Positions 1 to 9,867 of a stretch of 32,788 bases of DNA are shown piece after piece. The position numbers and the translations under genes were made by a program. Each line of letters begins with the position of its first letter. Position 1 is the stretch's first letter. Under the pieces are notes generated by a model, which was given only the letters and a program-made list of their open reading frames with translations, was not told where the DNA came from and did not search any database. Source of the DNA: a virus (Duplodnaviria; Caudoviricetes); the IMG/VR virus record IMGVR_UViG_3300003369_000003, positions 1 through 32,788 of that record, one strand, 5' to 3'.

Positions 1-370
1 CAAATATCCTTATATACTTAAGCCCGTACAGAAAAATGTCGCTACCCGCAAATATTATGACCAAGACGGGGATTATGAATATATACCCGCTACACCAAAG
101 TACGAAGCATTGGAGTTTGTAATAGGTTTTGCCTACAAAGGTGCTACCAATGGTGCCGATACTTACATAAAGAACTTCTTGGATTATATAGTAGGTGCGG
201 AGATAACCATATATTCCGAATTTACCAAGACTGGCCGAGCAAAAAGCAGGGTAGTAACCGACATAACCGATTCAAAGTTTTTCAGGGCAGGAAAGGATAT
301 TGTCGAGTTCGACATAACCTTCAAGACCAATGATCCGAATACCAATACTTCACTTACACTGACCGTATAA
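1..370 (+). CDS. tail protein (distal-tail-like), 5'-truncated by the window edge
   Basis: Frame is open from base 2 (KYPYILKPVQKNVATRKYYDQDG...). Its stop overlaps the start of the large tail gene (TAATG). Product inferred from position. Confidence 0.55.
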   Translation, partial: KYPYILKPVQKNVATRKYYDQDGDYEYIPATPKYEALEFVIGFAYKGATNGADTYIKNFLDYIVGAEITIYSEFTKTGRAKSRVVTDITDSKFFRAGKDIVEFDITFKTNDPNTNTSLTLTV

Positions 371-3300
371 TGACAAATATAATTCAGAAAGGCACAGCCA
401 GCACCGTCAGGACTACCGCTTATAGTCTGCAATATAGTGGAACTTTTATGGAGATACCGATGCTTACGGTTACCATAAAATCTCCCGCCCTTATTGCTTT
501 TGCGATAGGTGACTTCATTGTGTGGGATTATGACGGACTGACTTATACGCTTAAAGAGTTACCGCCGGTATCCAAACAATCTACTGCCAACACTTACGGT
601 GAGGCTTTTGTCTATGAGGGTGTAAAGTTCGTTTCCGCTTTGGCCGAGATTAAATATCTGGAGTTTCTTGATGTTGTACCAAGCACAGACATTACAAGCC
701 ATTTCAGCTCATTACCGACCTTCTCATTCTATGGCAATGTATTTGCCCTCATAGACCGATTGAATGCAAATTTAGGCCGTTTATATGCGAACTGGATAGT
801 GGAGGCTGCCGATGTGGAGAGCGGTGATATTTACGATGCACTATATACCGACAGGGATGTGACTATTGACTCCCCTATTAAAGTAAGAGATGCACTTGCT
901 TTGGTTTATTCGATGTGGGGATTGGGTTTCGTATATCATTACGATACGGTTACGGCAAAACACACCATAACAATTGGTGAATACGGGGCAGATACAGGCG
1001 GGTTCTCTTACGGGCAGGGCAATGGTCTGTATATGGTTGGCAAGACCATAACCAAAGAGGATTCTATCGTCACAAGGTTGAGGGCGTATGGTTCAACACG
1101 AAATATGCCTGCAAGATATTATAACACTAAGGCTATATTAGACAATAGGATATTGATACAGAATGACCCGATGTTATATCTGCCTAACCTAATGATCCCG
1201 TATACAAAGTGGGGGGAAAATCCGTACGAACCCGACCCCGAACTGGCTTATATCAACTGTAATAATGCCGACATAGAAATATTGTCAGGCGTTCCTGATA
1301 CTTCTTATGCAAAATATGGTATACGGGAGCAGAGTGTTTATTTTGACGGTACGAATAACAACAAAGAGATATTTCCTACAATAGAGGGGATTACTTCTGA
1401 CGAGATGAGAGATGCCGTAAGCGGTTATAGTGGGGCACAGCGTGAATTTTACATATCACCAGATGTAACGGCTTATCCAGACGGCACAAGGCTTGATAAA
1501 ATTAAGGTTATCGACAGCACAACCGATGATGGCGTAATAAAGACTGACAATACATACAAAGCAGAACCTGAATTTGCGGGCGATACGGATGAGGTTACTA
1601 TGACCGATAGGGTTATGACCAAAACTTTCTCCCCTATTTATTCCGCCACGCTGACAAGTGCAGGAGAGTACAAGGTTACTTTTACCGAGCAAAGCCTGAC
1701 CGCAGTCTGTACCGATTCGTTAATTTCAGATGGTGTGTTGCGGGTTTGGATAGTTAAAGACGGCAATAGGTCTTCTTTAGCTGCAACTATAACAGGAGTA
1801 GCTATAACCAATGGGTTTGAGTTTGCTTTACCCGAATTAGTCTTAACCACACAAAAGGCAAATGGCCTATTTTCAATCGAAATGGATTTGGAAGTTACTC
1901 TTTCTGATTGGCACTTAGGCGATTTAGCAACGGTAACTTGGACAAGAGAGGCAGGGAAGATAACCTACGAATTAACAAAGACCGTACCGAACAACACATT
2001 TACAATCGAACTTAAACAGATCGGATTCGACATATTCCGATTCTTACCAAGTGCAGGTCAGATTCCAATAATCTCAATGACTTCGGGTTCGTGCGCTGCA
2101 AGACAATTTAATATCACTAAGACTACCTATCTTCCTGCAACCGATTCGTGGCAACTAACTTGTGTTAGGCAGAAAGATAACTCTATTGGACAATGGTTCC
2201 CTAACAGCAATTTTAAGATTAACGCAGAAGATAGCTTCGTATTGCTCAATATCAATATGCCCGATATACTTATTGATATAGCCGAATTAAGGTTATACGA
2301 TGAGGGTTGCAAGTGGCTAAAGAAGCGTAAGGAGCAACAGTATATCTACGAACCTAAGATTGACGAGGTTTATATGGCTATTTTGGCCGCAGCAGGAACT
2401 CCCGAAATTATCAAGGAGGGGATGATGATGCCTTTGGTAGATACAGACTTAAGCGTACCAGAAGGAACTATACTTATAAATTCACTAACCGTTACAGAAA
2501 GTGAAGATTCAGTAAGAAAGTTTGAGGTGGTCTTAAGAGAAGATACCGATACGGACTTGCTTAAATATATCAACGCACAGGCCAAACAGGTCAGTTCAAG
2601 TGCGGTCAGTGGTATAACCAATGCGACTACTGCCACAACGGAACCTGCTGATCAGACAACTACGGTTACTTCATTGGGTTTCACGCCTGAAAATATAGCA
2701 AACAAGACAAGTGTGATTTCGGTTGATTCTACCGCAACACAATACCCAAATGCTAAAGCGGTTTATGATAAGGTTGCTGGTTTCGCTCTTTTGGCAGGTT
2801 CAGCAACGCAAGACTTTGCTGTTCAGAAACTCACTATGGCTACTTTGCAAATCCCAAAGACCGCACCCGCAGGAATGACTGTAAACCAATGGCATTTATC
2901 GGTGGTAGAAACTGGCTTTGCAGGTGAAGAGCCTTCAGGAGGCGGAGGTGTTACTTTATTTTCTGCTCTTTCTGATACTGCCCTAACTGCTGCTTTCCCT
3001 TATAATTCGGGAATGGTTGGTAGAGTGCCGATGATTACTGATTTAGGCAGCGGAGTTTATAAGTGGAGAGATACCCTCTTGGCGATTTCTCATATTGACG
3101 GACTTACAGCAGCAATTGCAGGTAAATTAGCCCTTCACGCAACAGCAGATGCAGTTTCAGGGCTTACTATAACAGCGGGGGCTTCTATATCCAACTCTAA
3201 TACGGGCGACCAAACTTTATCGGGATTAGGTGGGCAGGCAGCTTTAAGCGGAACGGGTTTTGTAAAAATTTCAGGTACTACAATTTCTTATGACAACACA

Positions 3301-5409
3301 ACTTACTTAGTTTCTACGGCAAAGGCGGCAGATTCAGACAAATTAAACGGACAAACTGCAACCTACTATTTGGCGGCTTCGCTCAAAGGTTCGGTAAACG
3401 GACTTGCCGAGTTAGATGCAAACGGCTTTGTCAAAAACACACAGTTACCGAGTTATGTAGACGACATTTTAGAAGGTACTTGGATAAATACTACTACTTT
3501 TAATGATTTAAGCAGTAATCCCTACACTCCCGAAACAGGGAAGATTTATGTAGACACAACGACTAATAAGACTTGGCGTTGGGGCGGTTCTGTTTATGCT
3601 CCCGTATCTGACACTCTGGCACTTGGCGAGACTTCCGCAACTGCTTACAGGGGCGACAGGGGAAAGACGGCTTATGACCATAGCCAAATTGCAGGCGGTA
3701 CAGGGGTGCATATTTCCGACACAGAGCGGACAAATTGGGGAACGGCATATTCTCACTCACAAGTAGGACATTTATTATTAAGAGCTATTGGCGATGGCAA
3801 TGCTGATAGTTATTTTGGTTCAGATAGTTTTGTTAGGCCAACAGGTACTTGTACAAATTTTCCTGTAACCATAAATAATGGGAGTGTAATTCTGACATTT
3901 CGGGGATTTGACTCAAATGCTTCGATACAACTATTCTCACATGCAACTACTGGAGAATTATATTTAAGAGGTACTTCTTACGGCACTACTTTAGGTTGGT
4001 ATAAGTTATTTCATACAGGCAACTCTAATCTTTCCACAGTTCCTTGGACTGCATCAACAGTTACAATGAGTGAGAATATCAACACCCGATTAAGACTACC
4101 AAAAGCTGCACCCGCAGGAATGGAAGCTACACAATGGTATGTGAGCGTAACAGATACTGGCTTTGCAGGCGAAGAGCCGAGTGGCGGTGGTGGAGTTACT
4201 TTATTTTCTGCTCTTTCTGATACTGCCCTAACTACTGCATTTCCTTACAATTCGGGAATGGTCGGCAGAGTGCCTGTACTTACTGATTTGGGAAGTGGTG
4301 TTTATAAGTGGAGAGATACGGCACTTGCAATATCTCACATCACAGGCTTACAGGCCGCATTAGACGGCAAACAGGCAACGATTACAGCAAACACTTATAC
4401 TCTTTTTGCACACACAGGGGCAACGGGAGCGGCACACGGCAATTCAAGCGATTCGGTAGCAGGTTTTATGACTGCTGCACAATATACTAAATTGGCAGGG
4501 ATAGCCGAAAGTGCAAACAATTATGTTCATCCTACAACAGACGGCAGTTTGCATGTACCTGCAACAAGCACAACCAATGAAAACAAGATTTTAAAAGCGG
4601 GAGCAACGGCAGGAACCTTTGCTTGGGCGACAGAGTATAGTTATACTCACCCTACAACGGCAGGAAATAAACACATTCCTTCGGGGGGTGCGGCTGCAAA
4701 TATCCTGATTTATTCAGCAGACGGCACAGCAGTTTGGGGAGCAAATAACTATGCTTTGCCAACAGCAAGTGATTCTGTTTTAGGCGGAGTAAAAATAGGT
4801 GCAAATGTTACGATTACCGCAGGGGTTATCTCTGTGGCAACTCCTTATTCACACCCTGCCACTCACGCAGCTTCGATGATTGACGAGAGTACAACAAGAA
4901 GATTTATCACAGACACAGAGCGGACTAATTGGGGAGCAGCTTATTCACACACTTCGCTGACCTCAACAGCTCACGGACTTGGGGCTTCGGCATTTCACGC
5001 AGATAACTATTTTCAGATAGCAGGAACATACCTTACAAAGGTTGCTTCCGCTTTCTCTGGTGATTTAAATACAATTACAGCCACTGGGTATTTAACTCTA
5101 ACAGCAGGGGCGACAAATTCTGTTATATCTAATAATGCACAATCCATACTGACTTTTGAGCATAATGACAGCGCTTACTCTACGCAATTTCAGATGAGTT
5201 ATTTAGCTGATTTTTATATCAGAGGTAGAAATGTAGGAACATATGGAAATTGGTATAAATTTTATCATTCAGACAACTCTAATCGTTCAACAGTTGCTTG
5301 GACTGCATCAACCATTACAGCCACAGAGAACATCTTTACAAAACTCACCATTCCTTCGTCGGCTCCTTCGGAAATGACAGCAGGGAGATGGTATATATCA
5401 ATCGTATAA
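370..5409 (+). CDS. large tail protein: baseplate-hub/Tal-like N-terminus fused to a tail fibre / receptor-binding region
   Basis: 1679-aa ORF. The N-terminus has Bacteroidota phage tail motifs (FSYGQGNGLY, TRLRAYGSTRNMP..YY). The C-terminal half is Gly/Thr/Ala-rich with fibre motifs (GLAELDANG, NNYVHPT, YALPTASDSVLGGVKIG) and knob-like domains. Confidence 0.85.
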   Translation: MTNIIQKGTASTVRTTAYSLQYSGTFMEIPMLTVTIKSPALIAFAIGDFIVWDYDGLTYTLKELPPVSKQSTANTYGEAFVYEGVKFVSALAEIKYLEFLDVVPSTDITSHFSSLPTFSFYGNVFALIDRLNANLGRLYANWIVEAADVESGDIYDALYTDRDVTIDSPIKVRDALALVYSMWGLGFVYHYDTVTAKHTITIGEYGADTGGFSYGQGNGLYMVGKTITKEDSIVTRLRAYGSTRNMPARYYNTKAILDNRILIQNDPMLYLPNLMIPYTKWGENPYEPDPELAYINCNNADIEILSGVPDTSYAKYGIREQSVYFDGTNNNKEIFPTIEGITSDEMRDAVSGYSGAQREFYISPDVTAYPDGTRLDKIKVIDSTTDDGVIKTDNTYKAEPEFAGDTDEVTMTDRVMTKTFSPIYSATLTSAGEYKVTFTEQSLTAVCTDSLISDGVLRVWIVKDGNRSSLAATITGVAITNGFEFALPELVLTTQKANGLFSIEMDLEVTLSDWHLGDLATVTWTREAGKITYELTKTVPNNTFTIELKQIGFDIFRFLPSAGQIPIISMTSGSCAARQFNITKTTYLPATDSWQLTCVRQKDNSIGQWFPNSNFKINAEDSFVLLNINMPDILIDIAELRLYDEGCKWLKKRKEQQYIYEPKIDEVYMAILAAAGTPEIIKEGMMMPLVDTDLSVPEGTILINSLTVTESEDSVRKFEVVLREDTDTDLLKYINAQAKQVSSSAVSGITNATTATTEPADQTTTVTSLGFTPENIANKTSVISVDSTATQYPNAKAVYDKVAGFALLAGSATQDFAVQKLTMATLQIPKTAPAGMTVNQWHLSVVETGFAGEEPSGGGGVTLFSALSDTALTAAFPYNSGMVGRVPMITDLGSGVYKWRDTLLAISHIDGLTAAIAGKLALHATADAVSGLTITAGASISNSNTGDQTLSGLGGQAALSGTGFVKISGTTISYDNTTYLVSTAKAADSDKLNGQTATYYLAASLKGSVNGLAELDANGFVKNTQLPSYVDDILEGTWINTTTFNDLSSNPYTPETGKIYVDTTTNKTWRWGGSVYAPVSDTLALGETSATAYRGDRGKTAYDHSQIAGGTGVHISDTERTNWGTAYSHSQVGHLLLRAIGDGNADSYFGSDSFVRPTGTCTNFPVTINNGSVILTFRGFDSNASIQLFSHATTGELYLRGTSYGTTLGWYKLFHTGNSNLSTVPWTASTVTMSENINTRLRLPKAAPAGMEATQWYVSVTDTGFAGEEPSGGGGVTLFSALSDTALTTAFPYNSGMVGRVPVLTDLGSGVYKWRDTALAISHITGLQAALDGKQATITANTYTLFAHTGATGAAHGNSSDSVAGFMTAAQYTKLAGIAESANNYVHPTTDGSLHVPATSTTNENKILKAGATAGTFAWATEYSYTHPTTAGNKHIPSGGAAANILIYSADGTAVWGANNYALPTASDSVLGGVKIGANVTITAGVISVATPYSHPATHAASMIDESTTRRFITDTERTNWGAAYSHTSLTSTAHGLGASAFHADNYFQIAGTYLTKVASAFSGDLNTITATGYLTLTAGATNSVISNNAQSILTFEHNDSAYSTQFQMSYLADFYIRGRNVGTYGNWYKFYHSDNSNRSTVAWTASTITATENIFTKLTIPSSAPSEMTAGRWYISIV
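2842..3105 (+). repeat. tail-fibre module, copy 1 (copy 2 at about 4087-4350)
   Basis: Encodes PKTAPAGM..W..SV..TGFAGEEPSGGGGVTLFSALSDTALT.AFPYNSGMVGRVP..TDLGSGVYKWRDT.LAISHI.GL. A 39-bp exact match lies at 2950-2988 and 4195-4233. Confidence 0.9.
4087..4350 (+). repeat. tail-fibre module, copy 2
   Basis: Near-identical protein module 1245 bp (415 aa) downstream of copy 1. Confidence 0.9.
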
Positions 5410-5425
5410 TTTAAAAAATAAAATA

Positions 5426-6994
5426 ATGAGTACAGCACCAAGTTCAGCATATCAGACCTCTAAAGCCAAAGCAGTTTTAGCGACAGGGGCGGACACATTC
5501 ACCTCGTACCGAGATTTACTTCTCGCAAAGTTTCTGCAAAACACCACACCGGTTTCAGACTGGGGCGATGGGAACGGTTATTTCAACTCAACCGATACGG
5601 AAGCAGAGAAAATTGCCAAAATTAAGGACATCTTCAAAATTGACGGATGGAAAAGAGTAGACAGCCCACAACAAAAAACAGGAACGATAACCATTTCGGG
5701 AACTTCGTGTTCTGGTTCGGGAACTGCATTTACAACTGATTTTGTAATAGGTAGAAAAGTAGGGGCTTTGGTAGCCAATGCAGAGAGCATTTTGATTTGC
5801 GTAGAAACTTATGTCGTTACAGCAATCACTTCCGATACAGTAATGACCGTTGTAGCAGGAACGAATAGAAGTGGAATTGCTTACGCACAAATGGTTGAGG
5901 GCTTTGTGGGATACTGCTACTCTCGCACTTCGGGAAATGGTCTGTATCACAACTGGGATAACAATACCTCTCCTTTTGTCGCACGGGGTTCAGGGGTCAA
6001 ATTGAACACAACCGTTTTGGATGCAGAATTGTTGAACGATGCAGGGCTGAACAGAAAGGCGGATATAACCATAACACCGACATCAGACCCGTTATGGACT
6101 TTCTGGGCTAACTGGATTAATTTTCCAGTATCTATGAGGGCGACTTTTTATGACGGGGTTACGGATTGGGGCTATTCGTGGAAGATAGGAGCAGGGGGAA
6201 CTTATGCCGATGTTTCAACAGTAGGTCTGACAGGAACGCTGGGGGTTAAAGTAGCAGCGACAGCATTGGAAAAGGGATTATTTATCACAGGTCTTGATTA
6301 TTTAGATGACATATATTTCAAACCTTATATAACAAGCAATGAGGGTACTTTTTACGGTACGGAGCTTCATTTTACCGCAGACGAAGCAGTCTGGACAGAC
6401 GGGGCATATCAGGTTGTAAGTGCAAATGGAGATGTCGTTCCGGGAGCCTTGTTTCTCTTTGCCACAGCTTCAGACGGTGCAACGCTGATAGACGGTAGCA
6501 CCGTTACCACATCGGATGCTTCGACAGGAATATTTTTATACCTTAACGAATATTTTGTAAGCGGCAACCTATTGCCAACAGGCTATTATGTTATCGGTGC
6601 AGAAACCACAAAGGCATATTATATAGTAAATGGACAGGTAAGAAAATATGAGACAAGAACACCTGCAACAGCTTCAGTTAGCTTCTATCTGACTAATTTA
6701 GGTATGATAGAGTATCCTGAATGGAGAGTAATTGCACAGGCGGTTGATGCTGCAAGCGGGTTCCCTAACCACCTTACAGTTGCAACAGTAGTAACTTATT
6801 ACACTGAAAGCGGAGGAACTTACACCCCAACAGGAAGCACCGTAAATGTGGATGTACACCTCAATATCGGCGATACTCGTGCACAGAGCGCACTATCACT
6901 TATTGCACCACCTGAGGGAGCGACATACGCAAAAGTTACAACAGCCGAAGCAGGAATAGGACTGGCAGTGATCAGCAATTATGTAGCAATTTAA
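5426..6994 (+). CDS. putative virion/tail-associated protein
   Basis: 522-aa Thr/Gly-rich, beta-rich ORF directly after the tail fibre (TGTITISGTSCSGSGTAFTT motif). Confidence 0.6.
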   Translation: MSTAPSSAYQTSKAKAVLATGADTFTSYRDLLLAKFLQNTTPVSDWGDGNGYFNSTDTEAEKIAKIKDIFKIDGWKRVDSPQQKTGTITISGTSCSGSGTAFTTDFVIGRKVGALVANAESILICVETYVVTAITSDTVMTVVAGTNRSGIAYAQMVEGFVGYCYSRTSGNGLYHNWDNNTSPFVARGSGVKLNTTVLDAELLNDAGLNRKADITITPTSDPLWTFWANWINFPVSMRATFYDGVTDWGYSWKIGAGGTYADVSTVGLTGTLGVKVAATALEKGLFITGLDYLDDIYFKPYITSNEGTFYGTELHFTADEAVWTDGAYQVVSANGDVVPGALFLFATASDGATLIDGSTVTTSDASTGIFLYLNEYFVSGNLLPTGYYVIGAETTKAYYIVNGQVRKYETRTPATASVSFYLTNLGMIEYPEWRVIAQAVDAASGFPNHLTVATVVTYYTESGGTYTPTGSTVNVDVHLNIGDTRAQSALSLIAPPEGATYAKVTTAEAGIGLAVISNYVAI

Positions 6995-7005
6995 AAACAA
7001 TTATT

Positions 7006-7176
7006 ATGAACAATTTTATCGGAATTTTAGTTATCGTATTAGTCTTGGCAGGAATAGGGATATTAGCCTATTTCAAACTCAGAAAGGAAACAACAGCCAC
7101 AGGAAAGGTTGCAACTGTTTCGCCTAAAGTAATAAAAGTCAATGACAACAAGACAAAGAAAGACATAATTTTGTAA
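7006..7176 (+). CDS. small membrane protein (56 aa)
   Basis: Not in the ORF track. Reads MNNFIGILVIVLVLAGIGILAYFKLRK..., with one N-terminal TM helix and a basic tail. Confidence 0.65.
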   Translation: MNNFIGILVIVLVLAGIGILAYFKLRKETTATGKVATVSPKVIKVNDNKTKKDIIL

Positions 7177-7181
7177 GAATC

Positions 7182-7201
7182 GGGGCAAATTTGCCCCTTT
7201 T
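7182..7201 (+). terminator. intrinsic terminator
   Basis: GGGGCAAATTTGCCCC hairpin followed by TTTT. Confidence 0.7.
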
Positions 7202-7225
7202 CTACCAACCTAAGCTATTTTTTAG

Positions 7226-7233
7226 TACCTTTG
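7226..7233 (+). promoter_or_regulatory. Bacteroidota sigma-70 -7 element upstream of the lysis region
   Basis: TACCTTTG (TAnnTTTG) between the terminator and the ATG at 7257. Confidence 0.6.
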
Positions 7234-7256
7234 TACTAATTATTAAACAATTTTTT

Positions 7257-7757
7257 ATGACACACAGAGAAGTAAAGACAAGACAACAGGAAGTAAGCAT
7301 CTTAATCGACTATCTGGTTAAGTTAAAGATTAAAAACGGCACCCTATTTTACGGACTAAACCGCAATGTGGAGTTTTTGGCAAAGGCAAATGAGGAAATA
7401 GACAAGATGACCAAACAGACCTTGCCCGAACTATTTGAACTGGAAAGCAAAGCAGTTGCGACAATTAAGCCACTCAATGACAAGATCGAGAAAGACAATG
7501 CCAAGCTTGCCGAAAAGGAAAAGGACAGCGAGGTCAAAACCAAACCACAAGAACTTTTGACGGTCATAGATGGACTGGCCAAGCTAACCAAAGAAGAGCA
7601 GGACAAGCACGATGCCCTGATGCTGGAATACAACAAGCTGTTGGACAAAGAAGATGATGTCAGAACCTATTTGCTTAAAAAAGAGGTTTTAGATGACCTT
7701 GCAATTGAATTTGGAGCAGTACAGATATTATCTCATTTTATCGAAAAAGAAGATTAA
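7257..7757 (+). CDS. hypothetical coiled-coil protein
   Basis: ORF track 7191-7757. The likely start is ATG 7257 (MTHREV), downstream of the promoter. Confidence 0.7.
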   Translation: MTHREVKTRQQEVSILIDYLVKLKIKNGTLFYGLNRNVEFLAKANEEIDKMTKQTLPELFELESKAVATIKPLNDKIEKDNAKLAEKEKDSEVKTKPQELLTVIDGLAKLTKEEQDKHDALMLEYNKLLDKEDDVRTYLLKKEVLDDLAIEFGAVQILSHFIEKED

Positions 7758-7824
7758 TTATTAACCACTTAAGAACTATACAACCGTCAGGTTGGTAACA
7801 CACATCATTTTAAATAATAACATT

Positions 7825-8250
7825 ATGACTCAACAGGAAAACATTAGTCTTAAAGACTATTTTACAGCAATCATGGACGAGAGGGATAAATCTTTTGGAG
7901 AACGATTTGACTCTGTCGAAAAATTGATTAATAATAACTCAAAAGAAGCTAAGGAGGCTGTTAAATCGGCACTGGACGCACAGGAAAAAACCACTAATGC
8001 GGCATTTATGGCAGCAAAGGAGGCCGTGCTAAAAGCTGAAATAGCAGCAGAAAAACGGTATGATAATTTTGCAGAAAATTATACTAAGGCTTTGGATAAT
8101 ATATCAAAACAAGTCAGTGAGTTGCGTGAGTCTAGGAGTGGAGTATCAGGAGAGGCCACAGGTCGAAAAGAGACTGGCATAACACTAACAAATGTTATTT
8201 TAATATTGATAGCAGCAGGCGCATTGGTAGCTAACTTTTTTAAAGGATAA
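7825..8250 (+). CDS. coiled-coil protein with C-terminal TM helix (lysis-cassette membrane protein)
   Basis: Helical body with a hydrophobic C-terminus, located just before the holin/endolysin. Confidence 0.6.
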   Translation: MTQQENISLKDYFTAIMDERDKSFGERFDSVEKLINNNSKEAKEAVKSALDAQEKTTNAAFMAAKEAVLKAEIAAEKRYDNFAENYTKALDNISKQVSELRESRSGVSGEATGRKETGITLTNVILILIAAGALVANFFKG

Positions 8251-8253
8251 ATT

Positions 8254-8496
8254 ATGGAACCGATTATCAAGAAAAACGGGTCTTGGATAAAGACAATGTT
8301 TGAGGATAACGGGGGGTATGTCTCCTCAAAGCGAGGATTAGGGGCACTATGTCTTATTTTCGCAATGGGTATGTGTACAGTCGTGTTTTTTATGAGTACA
8401 CCAAAAGACATTTCAGGAAATATACTGACTATGCTTCTAGCTACACTTGGAGCAGGAACAGCACTTTTAGGAATTACAATTTTAGAAAGAAAATAA
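8254..8496 (+). CDS. putative holin
   Basis: 80 aa with two TM segments and an SSKR motif, immediately upstream of the lysozyme. Confidence 0.7.
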   Translation: MEPIIKKNGSWIKTMFEDNGGYVSSKRGLGALCLIFAMGMCTVVFFMSTPKDISGNILTMLLATLGAGTALLGITILERK

Positions 8497-8499
8497 GAA

Positions 8500-8907
8500 A
8501 TGAAAATTGCCGAATTGCTCGAAAAACACGAAGCGTATAGAAGATTTGTTTATAGAGATTCTGTTGGGAAACTAACGGTTGGTATAGGTAGAAATTTGGA
8601 AGATAGGGGGCTTACTCACGAAGAATCTGTTTACTTGCTAAATAACGATATTGCAGACTTCACAAAACAACTATCTCTCAAACTGCCTTGGTTCAAAACG
8701 GCTCCCGATAATGTAAAATTAGTTTTGACGGATATGGGTTTCAATCTCGGAATTTCGGGCTTATTAACATTTAAAAATACATTGGAACATATTAGGAAAG
8801 GTGAATACAATTTAGCGGCAGAGGAAATGTTACTGAGCAAGTGGGCAAAACAAGTCGGGATTCGTGCAATCGAACTTTCAGAAATACTTAAAAACACAAG
8901 CAAATAA
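8500..8907 (+). CDS. endolysin, T4-lysozyme-like glycoside hydrolase (GH24 family)
   Basis: HEAYRRFVYRDSVGKLTVGIGRNL (E..D..T catalytic pattern), MGFNLG, and SKWAKQVGIRA. Confidence 0.9.
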   Translation: MKIAELLEKHEAYRRFVYRDSVGKLTVGIGRNLEDRGLTHEESVYLLNNDIADFTKQLSLKLPWFKTAPDNVKLVLTDMGFNLGISGLLTFKNTLEHIRKGEYNLAAEEMLLSKWAKQVGIRAIELSEILKNTSK

Positions 8908-8911
8908 AATC

Positions 8912-9415
8912 ATGTTAAAAAATTATAAGTGGTATATTATTGTAGGATTAGTGTTTGTTGCCCTCATTATATGGCTGAACATTGCACTATACAAAATTAG
9001 AGAGTATAAGTCTAATGAAGGTAAGATTATTAGGGATACTACGATTGTAGTAAAATATGATACTATCAAAATAACCAAACCCGTGTATGTTTCGCAAAAG
9101 GTCATAGATACCCTTTTAGTGCCCATTACAGACACTTTAAGGCAGAATGATACTTTATATGTCCCGATACCTAAAACTCAAAGATACTATGCAAAAGATA
9201 GCTTATATATGGCGTGGGTGAGTGGGTACAAACCCAACTTAGATTCCATAAAGGTATTTCCAAAAACGGTGTACTCAACTATAACAAATACCATTTACCG
9301 TAAACCAACTAAAATAGGATTTGGACTTTCGGTGGGATATGGTGCATCACTTATCAATGGGCAAGCTAAAATTGCACCATCTGTTACGGTAGGACTGTTT
9401 TATCGGATTTGGTGA
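8912..9415 (+). CDS. putative spanin-like lysis protein
   Basis: N-terminal TM helix, repeated DT motifs and a C-terminal beta-hairpin ending in aromatic residues (GLFYRIW). Follows the endolysin, as is typical of Bacteroidota phages. Confidence 0.6.
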   Translation: MLKNYKWYIIVGLVFVALIIWLNIALYKIREYKSNEGKIIRDTTIVVKYDTIKITKPVYVSQKVIDTLLVPITDTLRQNDTLYVPIPKTQRYYAKDSLYMAWVSGYKPNLDSIKVFPKTVYSTITNTIYRKPTKIGFGLSVGYGASLINGQAKIAPSVTVGLFYRIW

Positions 9416-9416
9416 T

Positions 9417-9629
9417 ATGAACTGCACCTTTGAAGAATACATGGCCGATGTTTGCTCTCAGTTGGAGTGCAATAGGTCTGCCGAAGATATAAGTAAATAC
9501 GGTTGTTATACCTATACCGAGCAGACCGTAAAGGATAACTTGGATTACTTTAAAGAGTGTTTGTCGAGAAGTGAAGGTACATATAATGCCTTATTGTTTT
9601 TTAACTATTATTTGTATGATGAGCTATAA
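9417..9629 (+). CDS. hypothetical protein
   Basis: 70-aa ORF abutting the previous gene. Confidence 0.55.
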   Translation: MNCTFEEYMADVCSQLECNRSAEDISKYGCYTYTEQTVKDNLDYFKECLSRSEGTYNALLFFNYYLYDEL

Positions 9630-9634
9630 TTGCT

Positions 9635-9642
9635 TATCTTTG
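9635..9642 (+). promoter_or_regulatory. -7 promoter element for the tRNA
   Basis: TATCTTTG about 70 nt upstream of the tRNA. Confidence 0.6.
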
Positions 9643-9714
9643 CATTTGATTCTTTACCGTTGGTCTGGAACTTACAGAGGTTTCAAACGCTGAACCCGAA
9701 TCAGCGTTTACTAT

Positions 9715-9786
9715 TGCGGGGTGGCGCAGAGGCAGCGCGCTTGGTTCATGCCCAAGAGGTCGAGATTTCAAAATTCTCTCCCGCTA
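9715..9786 (+). tRNA. tRNA-Met (CAT), initiator-like, with non-canonical features
   Basis: Acceptor TGCGGGG/TCCCGCT (1:72 mismatch), D arm GCGC..GCGC, anticodon arm CTTGG-TTCATGC-CCAAG, T arm GAGAT-TTCAAAA-TTCTC (53:61 mismatch). No encoded CCA. Confidence 0.75.
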
Positions 9787-9838
9787 CAAATTAACATTTT
9801 AAAATAAATTATTATTTTGATATTAGGAATATAAAGAG

Positions 9839-9846
9839 TATCTTTG
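9839..9846 (+). promoter_or_regulatory. -7 promoter element for the HNH gene
   Basis: TATCTTTG about 20 nt upstream of ATG 9868. Confidence 0.55.
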
Positions 9847-9867
9847 TACAAAATTAATAACAAATCT

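Noticed and set aside
2842-4350. Diversity-generating retroelement TR/VR pair
   Set aside because: Both copies are in-frame coding, differences are mostly synonymous and not adenine-specific, and no reverse transcriptase is in the window.
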